Position numbers and translations under genes: made by a program. DNA of 64,000 nucleotides from positions 41,118 through 105,117 of the forward strand of contig CAVVWM010000016.1 of the NCBI GenBank assembly GCA_963751955.1, read 5' to 3'. The stretch comes from an uncultured Acidimicrobiales bacterium (GTDB lineage: Bacteria; Actinomycetota; Acidimicrobiia; Acidimicrobiales; SZUA-35). The notes below the pieces were generated by a model that searched no databases, was not told the DNA's origin, and saw only the letters and a list, made by a program, of their open reading frames with translations. Shown piece after piece: positions 38,653 to 46,755 of this stretch; within the stretch, counting starts at the first letter, position 1, and the number at the start of each line of letters is the position of its first letter.

Positions 38653-39414
38653 TCAGCGAGCCCTGAGCCGTAACGGTGCCATGTCGTTTACATGTAGTTC
38701 AGCCTTCGATCCGACTTTGAGGTGACCTGGGCTGGTGAGAGGCCCGACTACCACAAACCAGTCGGCCTCGAGCATCCCGCCCTGGGAACCCAGATGGTTC
38801 GCCAGCGCAGCCACTGCAGCCAAGGGCTGCGTGATCTTGTTGGCTGGAGGTCCGCACTCTTGGTCGTCAACGGTGAACTGACAGGTCAGCGAACTCAGCG
38901 CTCCTGAGTCGTGGTTGATGTCGATTCCGTGCTCGCCGATGAGGATCTTGGCGATTCCCCCGTTGTCGGCGATCAGGTCGACATGTTGGAGGCCATCGAG
39001 TGAGCCGAGCCGAGAATCAATCACTTCAATACCCGCAACCACACTCTCGGTGGCATCCTGAACCTGCCCTTCGGTGATGTTGGTGCCCGATAGTGGCTTG
39101 AACAGTCGGAGCACGATGACCGGTTGAACCGTCGGTTCGATCAACCTCGATCGGTCGACGACTTCGAACGTGCCCATCAACGACGACCTGGGGTAGAGGC
39201 TGAAGACGGGGCGGCGGTCGTGGGTCCCGACCTTGGCGCCGATCACCGGGTCGTTGCGACGAATCATGTCGGCGAGGACGCTCACCTGAACCAGGTAGGC
39301 ATCCTCGACCGAGGCGCCTGGATCGACGTTCGAAAGTGCGGAAATGGGTGCCCGATAATCATGCGCCTGGATCAGGTCCGCCGCGAACTGGGTTGGGCTG
39401 ATGTTCTGACTCAT
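38653..39414 (-). CDS. 2-keto-4-pentenoate hydratase/FAH-family protein (degenerate metal site)
   Basis: DAYLVQ, GAKVG, GIEVIDSR, DLIADNG; ATGA coupling. Confidence 0.75.
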   Translation of the reverse strand: MSQNISPTQFAADLIQAHDYRAPISALSNVDPGASVEDAYLVQVSVLADMIRRNDPVIGAKVGTHDRRPVFSLYPRSSLMGTFEVVDRSRLIEPTVQPVIVLRLFKPLSGTNITEGQVQDATESVVAGIEVIDSRLGSLDGLQHVDLIADNGGIAKILIGEHGIDINHDSGALSSLTCQFTVDDQECGPPANKITQPLAAVAALANHLGSQGGMLEADWFVVVGPLTSPGHLKVGSKAELHVNDMAPLRLRAR

Positions 39415-40277
39415 ATCGTGGCGTCTGAGCCCGCGTCGGCGACAGCTTTGATGGCCGTTTCGAACAGCGGCACGATGTCTCGCGAGGTCTGCGCGTACCC
39501 CATGGATCCGAGTTGTTCTGCGTGGACCGAATCTCTGATTCCGGTGCCTCCGAGAAGCACGGGGAGGTTCGGGAAGGCGGCCCGAATCCCTTGCACGGTC
39601 TCTCGCACTAGTTGATCGGCTGGAACAGATGCCGAGATCCCAACGGCGCGACACTGATCAGCGGACCGTATCGAGTCGACGAAGGACTCAACAGGGCTGT
39701 TTCCTCCGAGATCGATAACGTTGAATCTAGCGGCTCGCAACAGATCAGCGACGATGGAAACGGCCAGGGCGTGGGAGTCGCCGGCGACAGCACCGAGCAC
39801 GATCGTGCCGCGGGGCTTTCCTCTGCCTCTCATCAACGGGCCGAGTCGTGACACCACCCGGTAGGTGATGGCGGTAGCGGTGTGTTCATCGACGATTTGC
39901 ATCTCGCCTGCGAACCAGTTTTCGCCGATCTGTTCGAGGGCAGGAATGATGAGCTGGTGGTGGAGTTCAACCGGATCGGCCCCCGAACTGAGACAGTTTT
40001 CGATGATTCCCCATGCGCCAGGTTCATCGGCGGCTAGCAGCCGATCCTGTAGCGCCGGGACGCGCTGACCGATGTCGGCTCGACCTGGCCTGCCCGTGCT
40101 TGCCCGCTGGGTTTGGGCGTCGAGGTCCGCAGCACGAACCTTCCATTCCCCATTCTCCTTCGTGGCCCGCAGACGCCCGGTCCGCACATGACGGTAGACG
40201 GTCATGTAGTGAAGGCCTCTGAGGTCAGCGACTTCGGCGAGCGTGAGATACTCAGCGTTGTCGTCGTCGGCTGCCAT
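39411..40277 (-). CDS. Xis/BldC-type HTH + cobalamin-binding regulator (CarH-like), paralog 2
   Basis: LTLAEVADLRGLHYMTVYRHVRTGRL; W-x9-EH; GDSH; ISAS; LLGG. Confidence 0.82.
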   Translation of the reverse strand: MAADDDNAEYLTLAEVADLRGLHYMTVYRHVRTGRLRATKENGEWKVRAADLDAQTQRASTGRPGRADIGQRVPALQDRLLAADEPGAWGIIENCLSSGADPVELHHQLIIPALEQIGENWFAGEMQIVDEHTATAITYRVVSRLGPLMRGRGKPRGTIVLGAVAGDSHALAVSIVADLLRAARFNVIDLGGNSPVESFVDSIRSADQCRAVGISASVPADQLVRETVQGIRAAFPNLPVLLGGTGIRDSVHAEQLGSMGYAQTSRDIVPLFETAIKAVADAGSDATI

Positions 40278-40375
40278 GGCGAAGGAGCGTAGTGCAACCA
40301 CAGCCGATCACGAGAAGCGGCGCAATACTGTCTGCGCAGTGCAAACCCGGCCCGTGTCAGGTGGTCAAGCCGAAC

Positions 40376-40609
40376 TCACTGACTTCGTCGGCGTCGTGCC
40401 GCGTCGATGCGTCGAGCCTGGTTCACAATCGTAGTGAGCTCGACCGCTCGATCTTCGGAGGTCTGGGTTTCACTGCTGAGAGCTGGGGCAAGCGCTTCCA
40501 GGATGGCGCTTACGCTCACTCCTTGTTCGGCTGCGAACCCGTGCCAGTGTTCGTGGGCATCGCGGGATACATACGCATGTAGAGCCTTGCGGCCCGTTTG
40601 GTTTGTCAC
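40376..40609 (-). CDS. Small hypothetical protein, ribbon-helix-helix-like
   Basis: RKALHAYVS..GVSVSAILEAL; GAGGA RBS. Confidence 0.65.
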   Translation of the reverse strand: MTNQTGRKALHAYVSRDAHEHWHGFAAEQGVSVSAILEALAPALSSETQTSEDRAVELTTIVNQARRIDAARRRRSQ

Positions 40610-40718
40610 GAAGACGTCCTCTCGTTATTGCGGCGGTGATATCTCCCAAATTGCGGCGAATTGGGCCGGAGGTACGTACAATTCTCTTGCGAGATACCGG
40701 GAAGATTCAACCACAGAT

Positions 40719-41048
40719 TCAGTCTCGGCGCAACACGCCCCGCAAACCCTTTGAGGTTGGCCGCTCTGGCAGGAACCCCGGGAACTCCCTCGCCGCGGCC
40801 GCGACCACTTCCTTTGCACTTGGATTCACCAGCGAGATCTGGCCAATCCGCACGGTCGGAACGGTTTCGTTTCCGCTGGCCACCGATCTCACAAACTCAG
40901 CGTCGGCTGGGTTGTCCCAGATGTTGTGTTTCGTGAGGGGGATCTCGAGTTTGCCCAGCGATCGCTCCAGAATCATGCAGAATGGGCAGCCGGGTCGCCA
41001 GAAGAAATCGATCTGACCAGTTGCTGTTTCAACTTGGGAACTGCTCAT
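40719..41048 (-). CDS. Glutaredoxin/mycoredoxin-like protein
   Basis: WRPGCPFC, NIWD, GNETVPTV..NPS. Confidence 0.85.
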   Translation of the reverse strand: MSSSQVETATGQIDFFWRPGCPFCMILERSLGKLEIPLTKHNIWDNPADAEFVRSVASGNETVPTVRIGQISLVNPSAKEVVAAAAREFPGFLPERPTSKGLRGVLRRD

Positions 41049-41082
41049 GGGTCTGTGAACGCCGAGAGCCGAGCCGATATTC

Positions 41083-42240
41083 CTATTCCGATCGCCGGTA
41101 GCTCTCGGCATTGCCCCATAGGCGCGGTTGGAGCATCAGGTGTGCGAACTGCTGAGGAGTCGCCGTGCCAACAACCGCTCCGGTCTCTGGATCGAGACCG
41201 AGCATCTGGACCGGCTCGGGCCCAATTCGTTCCAGAGCCGTGAGCAACGATTCTGAGGTCCATGCCGCCGGGACGAACTCGGTTGGCGTCATCACCTGGC
41301 CCACCGACGTCCACGAATGATGTGCAGCCGGGATGTCGCCAAGAACCGCCGTGCTGAGGTAGCCGATCGTCTGGTGTTCCCAGCGTTGGACCGGCACCGA
41401 AACCGATTCAGACCCGAGGTGCCGCTCGATATCGCTGAGCGAGGCAGAATCATGCACCGCTGGTGGGTACTGCCACAGGATTTCGCCGACCGATGTGCTG
41501 GCCAGACGGGCTCGGATCGATGCGCTGATCACGTCGGCCCGTGCTGCAACTAGAATGAAAGCGCCAATGGCTCCGGTGTATACGCCGCTGATCCGTCCCC
41601 AGCCGACCAACTCGTAGAGACCGTACGAAATCACTAGAACACCCGCTACCAGCCCACTTCGAGCGCTGACAAGTCGCGCCCACTCCGGCCTTCCGGTCTT
41701 GGCCCACAGAATGCTCGTGAGTACCTTGCCACCGTCGAGCGGTGCGGCAGGAACGAGGTTCGTGAGGGTGAGCAGCACATTGAGGATGGCCAAACCCAGC
41801 GCCACCATCGCCAGAGTTTCCGGGGCTCCAAGCCGTCGACCGAGGGTGGCGATGCCCAAGAAAACACCGGCCAGGGCTGCGTTGGTTGCCGGTCCTGCGA
41901 TAGCGATCTGGAACTCAGCGGCCGGCGTTCGGGCCGGACTGGAGAGCGCAGCGACTCCGCCGAAGATCCACAATCGAATGGAACTTGTTTGAATATCGTG
42001 ACGGCGGGCGGCCAGCGCATGGCCAAACTCGTGGGCGAGTATCGATCCGAGGAAGAACACCACGGCGCCGGCGGCGAGCATCAGCCTCGATCGCAGCGAA
42101 AGGTCATCGTTCATTCGGGGGAATACATCGGTGGCCAACAGCCACGATCCGATGAACGCAACCGCCACCACCGACCAGCTCATGCCCACGGGGATACCGA
42201 AGATGCGGCCCAGTGGAATCGTGTTGGTCCTTCCGATCAT
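41083..42240 (-). CDS. Site-2 protease (M50) family with degenerate CBS-like tail
   Basis: HEFGH, IAIAGP, NLVPAAPLDGG. Confidence 0.88.
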   Translation of the reverse strand: MIGRTNTIPLGRIFGIPVGMSWSVVAVAFIGSWLLATDVFPRMNDDLSLRSRLMLAAGAVVFFLGSILAHEFGHALAARRHDIQTSSIRLWIFGGVAALSSPARTPAAEFQIAIAGPATNAALAGVFLGIATLGRRLGAPETLAMVALGLAILNVLLTLTNLVPAAPLDGGKVLTSILWAKTGRPEWARLVSARSGLVAGVLVISYGLYELVGWGRISGVYTGAIGAFILVAARADVISASIRARLASTSVGEILWQYPPAVHDSASLSDIERHLGSESVSVPVQRWEHQTIGYLSTAVLGDIPAAHHSWTSVGQVMTPTEFVPAAWTSESLLTALERIGPEPVQMLGLDPETGAVVGTATPQQFAHLMLQPRLWGNAESYRRSE

Positions 42241-42341
42241 CGATCCGAATCCTACAAACAGGATCGATCGGGCGGCGAAGTCAGACCGCCGCAGGCGGCA
42301 TCACACCGGGCACGACGTGGATGTGTTCGGGGTGCGATGGT

Positions 42342-44045
42342 CTATCCGAGGCGTCGTGGGCGAGCTCGTGTGTGATCGAGGGTACGGGTGAACGCCAGGC
42401 TCACTTCCGATGGCAACAAGCCGGGAGCGTCCGGGTCGATCAGCTCGCTGTTCAGCTGTGCTTCGCGTGAGTTGAACCACGACGTTGGGTCGATTGCGTC
42501 GCCGGCAACGGGCTTGTTGAACAGGTAGCCCTGCATGATGTGAACGCCGAAATCGAGCAACTCCTTGACCTGGTGCTCGCTCTCGACACCCTCGGCGACG
42601 ACTTGGAGGTCAAGTGCTCGGGCCATGGCCACGACCGCCTCGATGATCGCCCGGTTGACGCCCGAACTCATGTCGTCGACGAAGGTCTTGTCGACCTTCA
42701 ACGTCGAGACCATATCGAATTGTTTTACGTAGCTCAGCGAGCTCTGACCGGTTCCGAAGTCGTCGATCGCGAGCGTTACTCCCAGGTCACGGATGTCACG
42801 CAGGATCGACAAACCTGCCAGGTGGTCGACGATGACGTTCTCGGTGATCTCGAGGACCAGCTGCTCAGGCGGTAGGCCGGACCATTCCAGGATGTCGGCG
42901 ACCAAATACGGGAAGTTGCCATCAAGTAGCTGCTGTTCGGCGATATTGACGCCCATCTTCACGCCCTGGGCATCGGGGGAGAGATGGTTCCACACCGCCG
43001 CCTGCGCACACGCTTCGCGAAGCACAAGCTCGCCGATCCTGGCCATCATTCCGGTTTCCTCGGCAACGCTCAGAAAGTCACCAGGGCCGATAAGCCCACG
43101 GATCGGGTGGTTCCACCGAACGAGAGCTTCGAAACCGTAGAGGCGTTTGCCATCGACGTCGATGAGGGGCTGGTAGTAGACAACCAGCTGCTCTTCTTCG
43201 AGCGCCTGCACCAAGTCGCGCTCGATGTCCAAGCGATCGATGACCTGAAGGCGTTGGACCTCATCGAAGACCGCAAAGCCCGACTTGGCCTTCTTCGCTT
43301 TGTACATGGCGGCGTCGGCATCGCGCACCAGATCGTCTGACCGGCGGGGGTCATCGGGGCGTGCGATAGCGATCCCGATGCTGGTGGAGACGACCTGGGC
43401 CCCGCCATAGAGGGAGACCGGTTGGGCGAATGATTTGAGAATCTGTTTGGCCACCGCCAGAACAGACTGCTCTGAGAGAAGGTCGCGGCACACCACAACG
43501 AACTCGTCGCCGCCGAAACGGGCTACCAAGTCACCGCCTCGTACCGTGCCCTCGAGACGCTCGGCCACAATGCGAAGGAGTTCGTCCCCAGCCTCGTGAC
43601 CCATCGAATCGTTGATCACCTTGAATCGGTCCAGATCGAGGAACAAGACCCCCAGGACAGTGTCGGTTTCGCGAGCACGAGCGATCGACGTTTCCAGCTC
43701 ACTGAAGAGAGCGTTGCGGTTGCACAGACCGGTGAGCGGATCGTGTCTGGCCTGATGCTCCTGCTGAGCGACGTATTCCTGAGTGTGCCGAGTGGTGTAG
43801 TTCTGCCACAGTGCCCCGGTCAACCCGCCTAGGCCGCCAATGGCGCCCGACGCACCGGCGATGATCAGGCCAGCCTCATCGGTGATTTTGAAGAACAAGA
43901 GCGCGACGAGCCAAGCCGTTGACGCAGCTAGGCCTCCGGCGAGTACCAGACCAGGCGAGAGGAGAAGTCGGTTTCCCTGCACATCTGACACAACGGCAGG
44001 ATCGAGCCGGACTTGAGGTATCGATGGGGGAGAACCGTGCAACAA
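42342..44045 (-). CDS. Membrane-anchored GGDEF-EAL diguanylate cyclase/phosphodiesterase
   Basis: 2 TM; DLDRFK..NDSMGHEAGD, RFGGDEF, FEALVRW, IDDFGTG, VAEGVE. Confidence 0.92.
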   Translation of the reverse strand: MLHGSPPSIPQVRLDPAVVSDVQGNRLLLSPGLVLAGGLAASTAWLVALLFFKITDEAGLIIAGASGAIGGLGGLTGALWQNYTTRHTQEYVAQQEHQARHDPLTGLCNRNALFSELETSIARARETDTVLGVLFLDLDRFKVINDSMGHEAGDELLRIVAERLEGTVRGGDLVARFGGDEFVVVCRDLLSEQSVLAVAKQILKSFAQPVSLYGGAQVVSTSIGIAIARPDDPRRSDDLVRDADAAMYKAKKAKSGFAVFDEVQRLQVIDRLDIERDLVQALEEEQLVVYYQPLIDVDGKRLYGFEALVRWNHPIRGLIGPGDFLSVAEETGMMARIGELVLREACAQAAVWNHLSPDAQGVKMGVNIAEQQLLDGNFPYLVADILEWSGLPPEQLVLEITENVIVDHLAGLSILRDIRDLGVTLAIDDFGTGQSSLSYVKQFDMVSTLKVDKTFVDDMSSGVNRAIIEAVVAMARALDLQVVAEGVESEHQVKELLDFGVHIMQGYLFNKPVAGDAIDPTSWFNSREAQLNSELIDPDAPGLLPSEVSLAFTRTLDHTRARPRRLG

Positions 44046-44125
44046 CAGCCCTGCCGAGCGTCGGGTCGTTCAGATTTCGGGTCCAACTGTCGAAGAGAGA
44101 AGCAGCGTTCGCCGCTGTTTTCCAT

Positions 44126-44905
44126 ATGCCTACCACTCCTCGCACCCCCGATATTGCCGTCGGTCGACACGCCCTGTTGGCCAGAGCATTCGAAACGTTC
44201 GGCTCCGCTATGGCCGACTTCGTGCAAGAGCGGATGATCGCATATATCGGCGACGAAGAGCCGACACCGTGGAACCTGGTGGCTGCGGGAAAGCTGGGAA
44301 GAACCGACTCCAGTGGGATCCGCGACCCGCTCTTCCAGCTGCTCGTCATGCGGCGTTTCTGGGCTCCGGCATTCGCTGATTTCTTCAAAGAAGATCTGCG
44401 CGCTCTCATTGGCCAGCTTGTCGAGGCGCGCAACCTCTGGGCTCACTTCAACCTCCCGTTCGAATCGGCGTATTCGGACCGACTTCTGCTCGCCATGGAA
44501 CGGATCGTCGCCCCGGTGGCCCCGGAGATCACAAGCGAGCTTCGAGCACTGCGAGCTGAACTGCACGATCCTTCCGCCGGGGACAGTGACATCTCCGTGG
44601 AAACCTCGCTTGCACCCGACACGGTCGGGCTGGTTGCCCAGCTTCGGAAAACCGAGTCAGCGTTCGAGGAACTTCAGCGTCGGTATGGCGAGTTGACCGA
44701 CCAACTGAATGCAACTCGCCGTGCAGCCGCCGGCAAGCAGTTGAAGCTATCGGCGGCAGAGAACCAGGTGGGCTCCATGGTCAGGCAAACCGAACGCCTC
44801 GAAGCACGACTGGAAGCCGAATTGATCAGCCGCACCCGAATGGAATGGCTGTTCGTAGCCTTCATAACCCTGATGGTGCTGGTGATGACCCTGATGAGTC
44901 TGTAA
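44126..44905 (+). CDS. Swt1-like HEPN domain + coiled-coil + C-terminal TM protein
   Basis: DPLFQLLVMRRFW..F..L.EARNLWAH (Rx4H); heptad region; terminal WLFVAFITLMVLVMTLMSL. Confidence 0.72.
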   Translation: MPTTPRTPDIAVGRHALLARAFETFGSAMADFVQERMIAYIGDEEPTPWNLVAAGKLGRTDSSGIRDPLFQLLVMRRFWAPAFADFFKEDLRALIGQLVEARNLWAHFNLPFESAYSDRLLLAMERIVAPVAPEITSELRALRAELHDPSAGDSDISVETSLAPDTVGLVAQLRKTESAFEELQRRYGELTDQLNATRRAAAGKQLKLSAAENQVGSMVRQTERLEARLEAELISRTRMEWLFVAFITLMVLVMTLMSL

Positions 44906-45094
44906 TTCCCTTTCAGGGGGACCGTTCAACGGAGGCTTTGCCTCCGGGCGCTACACGATGCGCTCCCCCAGATATCACCGGTTCAAACGATCCGGCCCTC
45001 ATCCCGACGGGAGGACTCACGCGCTTGGCCGGCGCCGGAACGAGCGAAGTCAACGGAACCTCCGTGGCAACGGGCCCCCTGCAGGGGAGAATCA
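44903..45094. repeat. Intergenic element with imperfect terminal inverted repeats (REP/MITE-like)
   Basis: Left arm TTCCCTTTCAGGGGGACCGTTCAACGGAGG vs reverse complement of right arm TTCTCCCCTGCAGGGGGCCCGTTGCCACGGAGG. Confidence 0.55.
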
Positions 45095-45898
45095 CGACGT
45101 CACGAAGTCGATGAGTTGTTCAACGGCGCCGACGAAAGATGCTTCGAGATCGGTATAGCCGTTGACATTGGCGAGCAGTTGTTTCCACACGACACCCGGT
45201 TCGTTGTCCAGGCCCAATTCGGTGCAAACCCCGGTCTTCCAATCGGTTCCCCGCTCGATCACGGGCCAGCGGGACACACCGATCACCGAGGGTTTGATGC
45301 ATTGCCACACGTCTACGAATGGGTGCCCTGCGATCAAGACGTCGGGGTGATTGATCTCGGCGGCGATCCGAGTTTCCTTGGTGCCATCGACCAGATGATC
45401 AAGCAGAACCCCGAGCCGACGGCCGGGCCGAGGGCCAAAGGTGCGGACCAACTCGGCAAGATCATCAGCGCCATGCAGCGGTTCGACTACCAGACCTTCG
45501 AGACGAAGATCGTCGCCCCACACCCGTTCGATCAGCTCTGCGTCGTGGATTCCCTCGACGTAGATCCGGCTCGGTCGGGCTACGCGAACAGGGGCGCTCG
45601 GCACTGCAACCGACCCCGAAGCAGTTCGCACAACGGGCGCCTCAGGCGCCCTGGAGGGTCGAACCAGTGTTACGGCGGTTCCGTTGTAGGAGAAGGCTCC
45701 GGGTTCATTGCGTTGCCTGAACTCGCGGCCATCTTCGCCCCGCAACGTGACCCAGTTGGGGTCCAAGGCGATGATCGTCCCGGTCTTGAAGGTGCTGCGG
45801 TGACGGATGGTCATGCCCAGCTCGGCGGAGACCGATACGTACTCGGGTCGCCTCTTGTTTGGTCCGTTCAGATCCGGCAGCTCAGACAAAACACCCAT
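45092..45898 (-). CDS. DUF3097 family protein
   Basis: RTASGSVAV, RIYVEGIHDAELIERVWGDDLR, LGVLLDHLVDGTKETR. Confidence 0.88.
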   Translation of the reverse strand: MGVLSELPDLNGPNKRRPEYVSVSAELGMTIRHRSTFKTGTIIALDPNWVTLRGEDGREFRQRNEPGAFSYNGTAVTLVRPSRAPEAPVVRTASGSVAVPSAPVRVARPSRIYVEGIHDAELIERVWGDDLRLEGLVVEPLHGADDLAELVRTFGPRPGRRLGVLLDHLVDGTKETRIAAEINHPDVLIAGHPFVDVWQCIKPSVIGVSRWPVIERGTDWKTGVCTELGLDNEPGVVWKQLLANVNGYTDLEASFVGAVEQLIDFVTS

Positions 45899-45967
45899 AA
45901 GGCGATCGACAGTAGTCGTGGACTCGACTCGGATCGGGGCACGCCCGATATCTCAGGGAACGAGGTC

Positions 45968-46678
45968 TCAGGACTCTTCGGGTTTGCCGTTCTGTACACC
46001 ATTGAGGGCGTCCACCATGACCTTTGCCATCAGCGAGTAGCCGAGATCGTTGGGGTGGAATCGGTCGGTCGCCAGTCGCTCCCGAAGCCTGCTCGGGTGA
46101 TCGACGTCCCAGATCGAAGCGAAGAGCTGACCGTTCTGCTTCGCTCGCTGGCGAAGCGCTCGATTTGCAAGCCGAGCGCGTCGCGAGGCACCCGCGACCG
46201 GGCCGAAAACGGTGTGCGGCGGAAGCGAATCCGAGACAGACTTCAACCCGGCCCGCAACGAGTGGACCGCAGGCGTCCAGACGATGTCGTTGCTCCCGAT
46301 ACAACATATGAGCTGATCGGCAGGTGCCAGCTCCGCAGCTATCGGCACTTGGCGGTCCAAGGCGTCGTCGACGCGAGCCCCGGCGATTGCGAGGTTGATG
46401 ATTCGCCATCGTCGACCATCACGTTTGGAGAGGGCGTCGGCAACCTGCCCGACCAATGACTTGGAGGGGTGAGAGGCCCCGATCCCGATGCAGATCGAAT
46501 CTCCGATGCTGATGAGCAGCGGTCCGTCCGCTTTCAGCGCGGCCTGATTCTGAACGCTCCACCACTCGGTGTAGGGATGGATTTGACCGGTGGTTTGGCG
46601 GGCTCCGGGGAACACGACCCCGATGCCTTTGAGCCCCAGGGATATCTTGCGAGGCACGAGCCCGGGCACTTCGTCCAC
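45968..46678 (-). CDS. SGNH/GDSL hydrolase
   Basis: IGDSI, NLAIAGA, IGSND, DRFHPN. Confidence 0.87.
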   Translation of the reverse strand: MDEVPGLVPRKISLGLKGIGVVFPGARQTTGQIHPYTEWWSVQNQAALKADGPLLISIGDSICIGIGASHPSKSLVGQVADALSKRDGRRWRIINLAIAGARVDDALDRQVPIAAELAPADQLICCIGSNDIVWTPAVHSLRAGLKSVSDSLPPHTVFGPVAGASRRARLANRALRQRAKQNGQLFASIWDVDHPSRLRERLATDRFHPNDLGYSLMAKVMVDALNGVQNGKPEES

Positions 46679-46755
46679 GGCACGAAACCCTAGCCCGATG
46701 ATGAGTCACGTTGTGTATGCAATCTCGACCATCCCAGCCTCGGCCGGACCTCGGA

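Noticed and set aside
31347..40277. Integrative element bounded by two excisionase genes
   Set aside because: The Xis-like HTHs are fused to B12-binding domains; there is no integrase or att repeat and the enclosed genes are housekeeping.
44906..45091. 6S RNA-like long hairpin (~186 nt with paired ends)
   Set aside because: It fills the gap between two convergent stops with no promoter, and the arm sequence recurs at 54877; a repeat element explains it better. Not excluded without an Rfam search.
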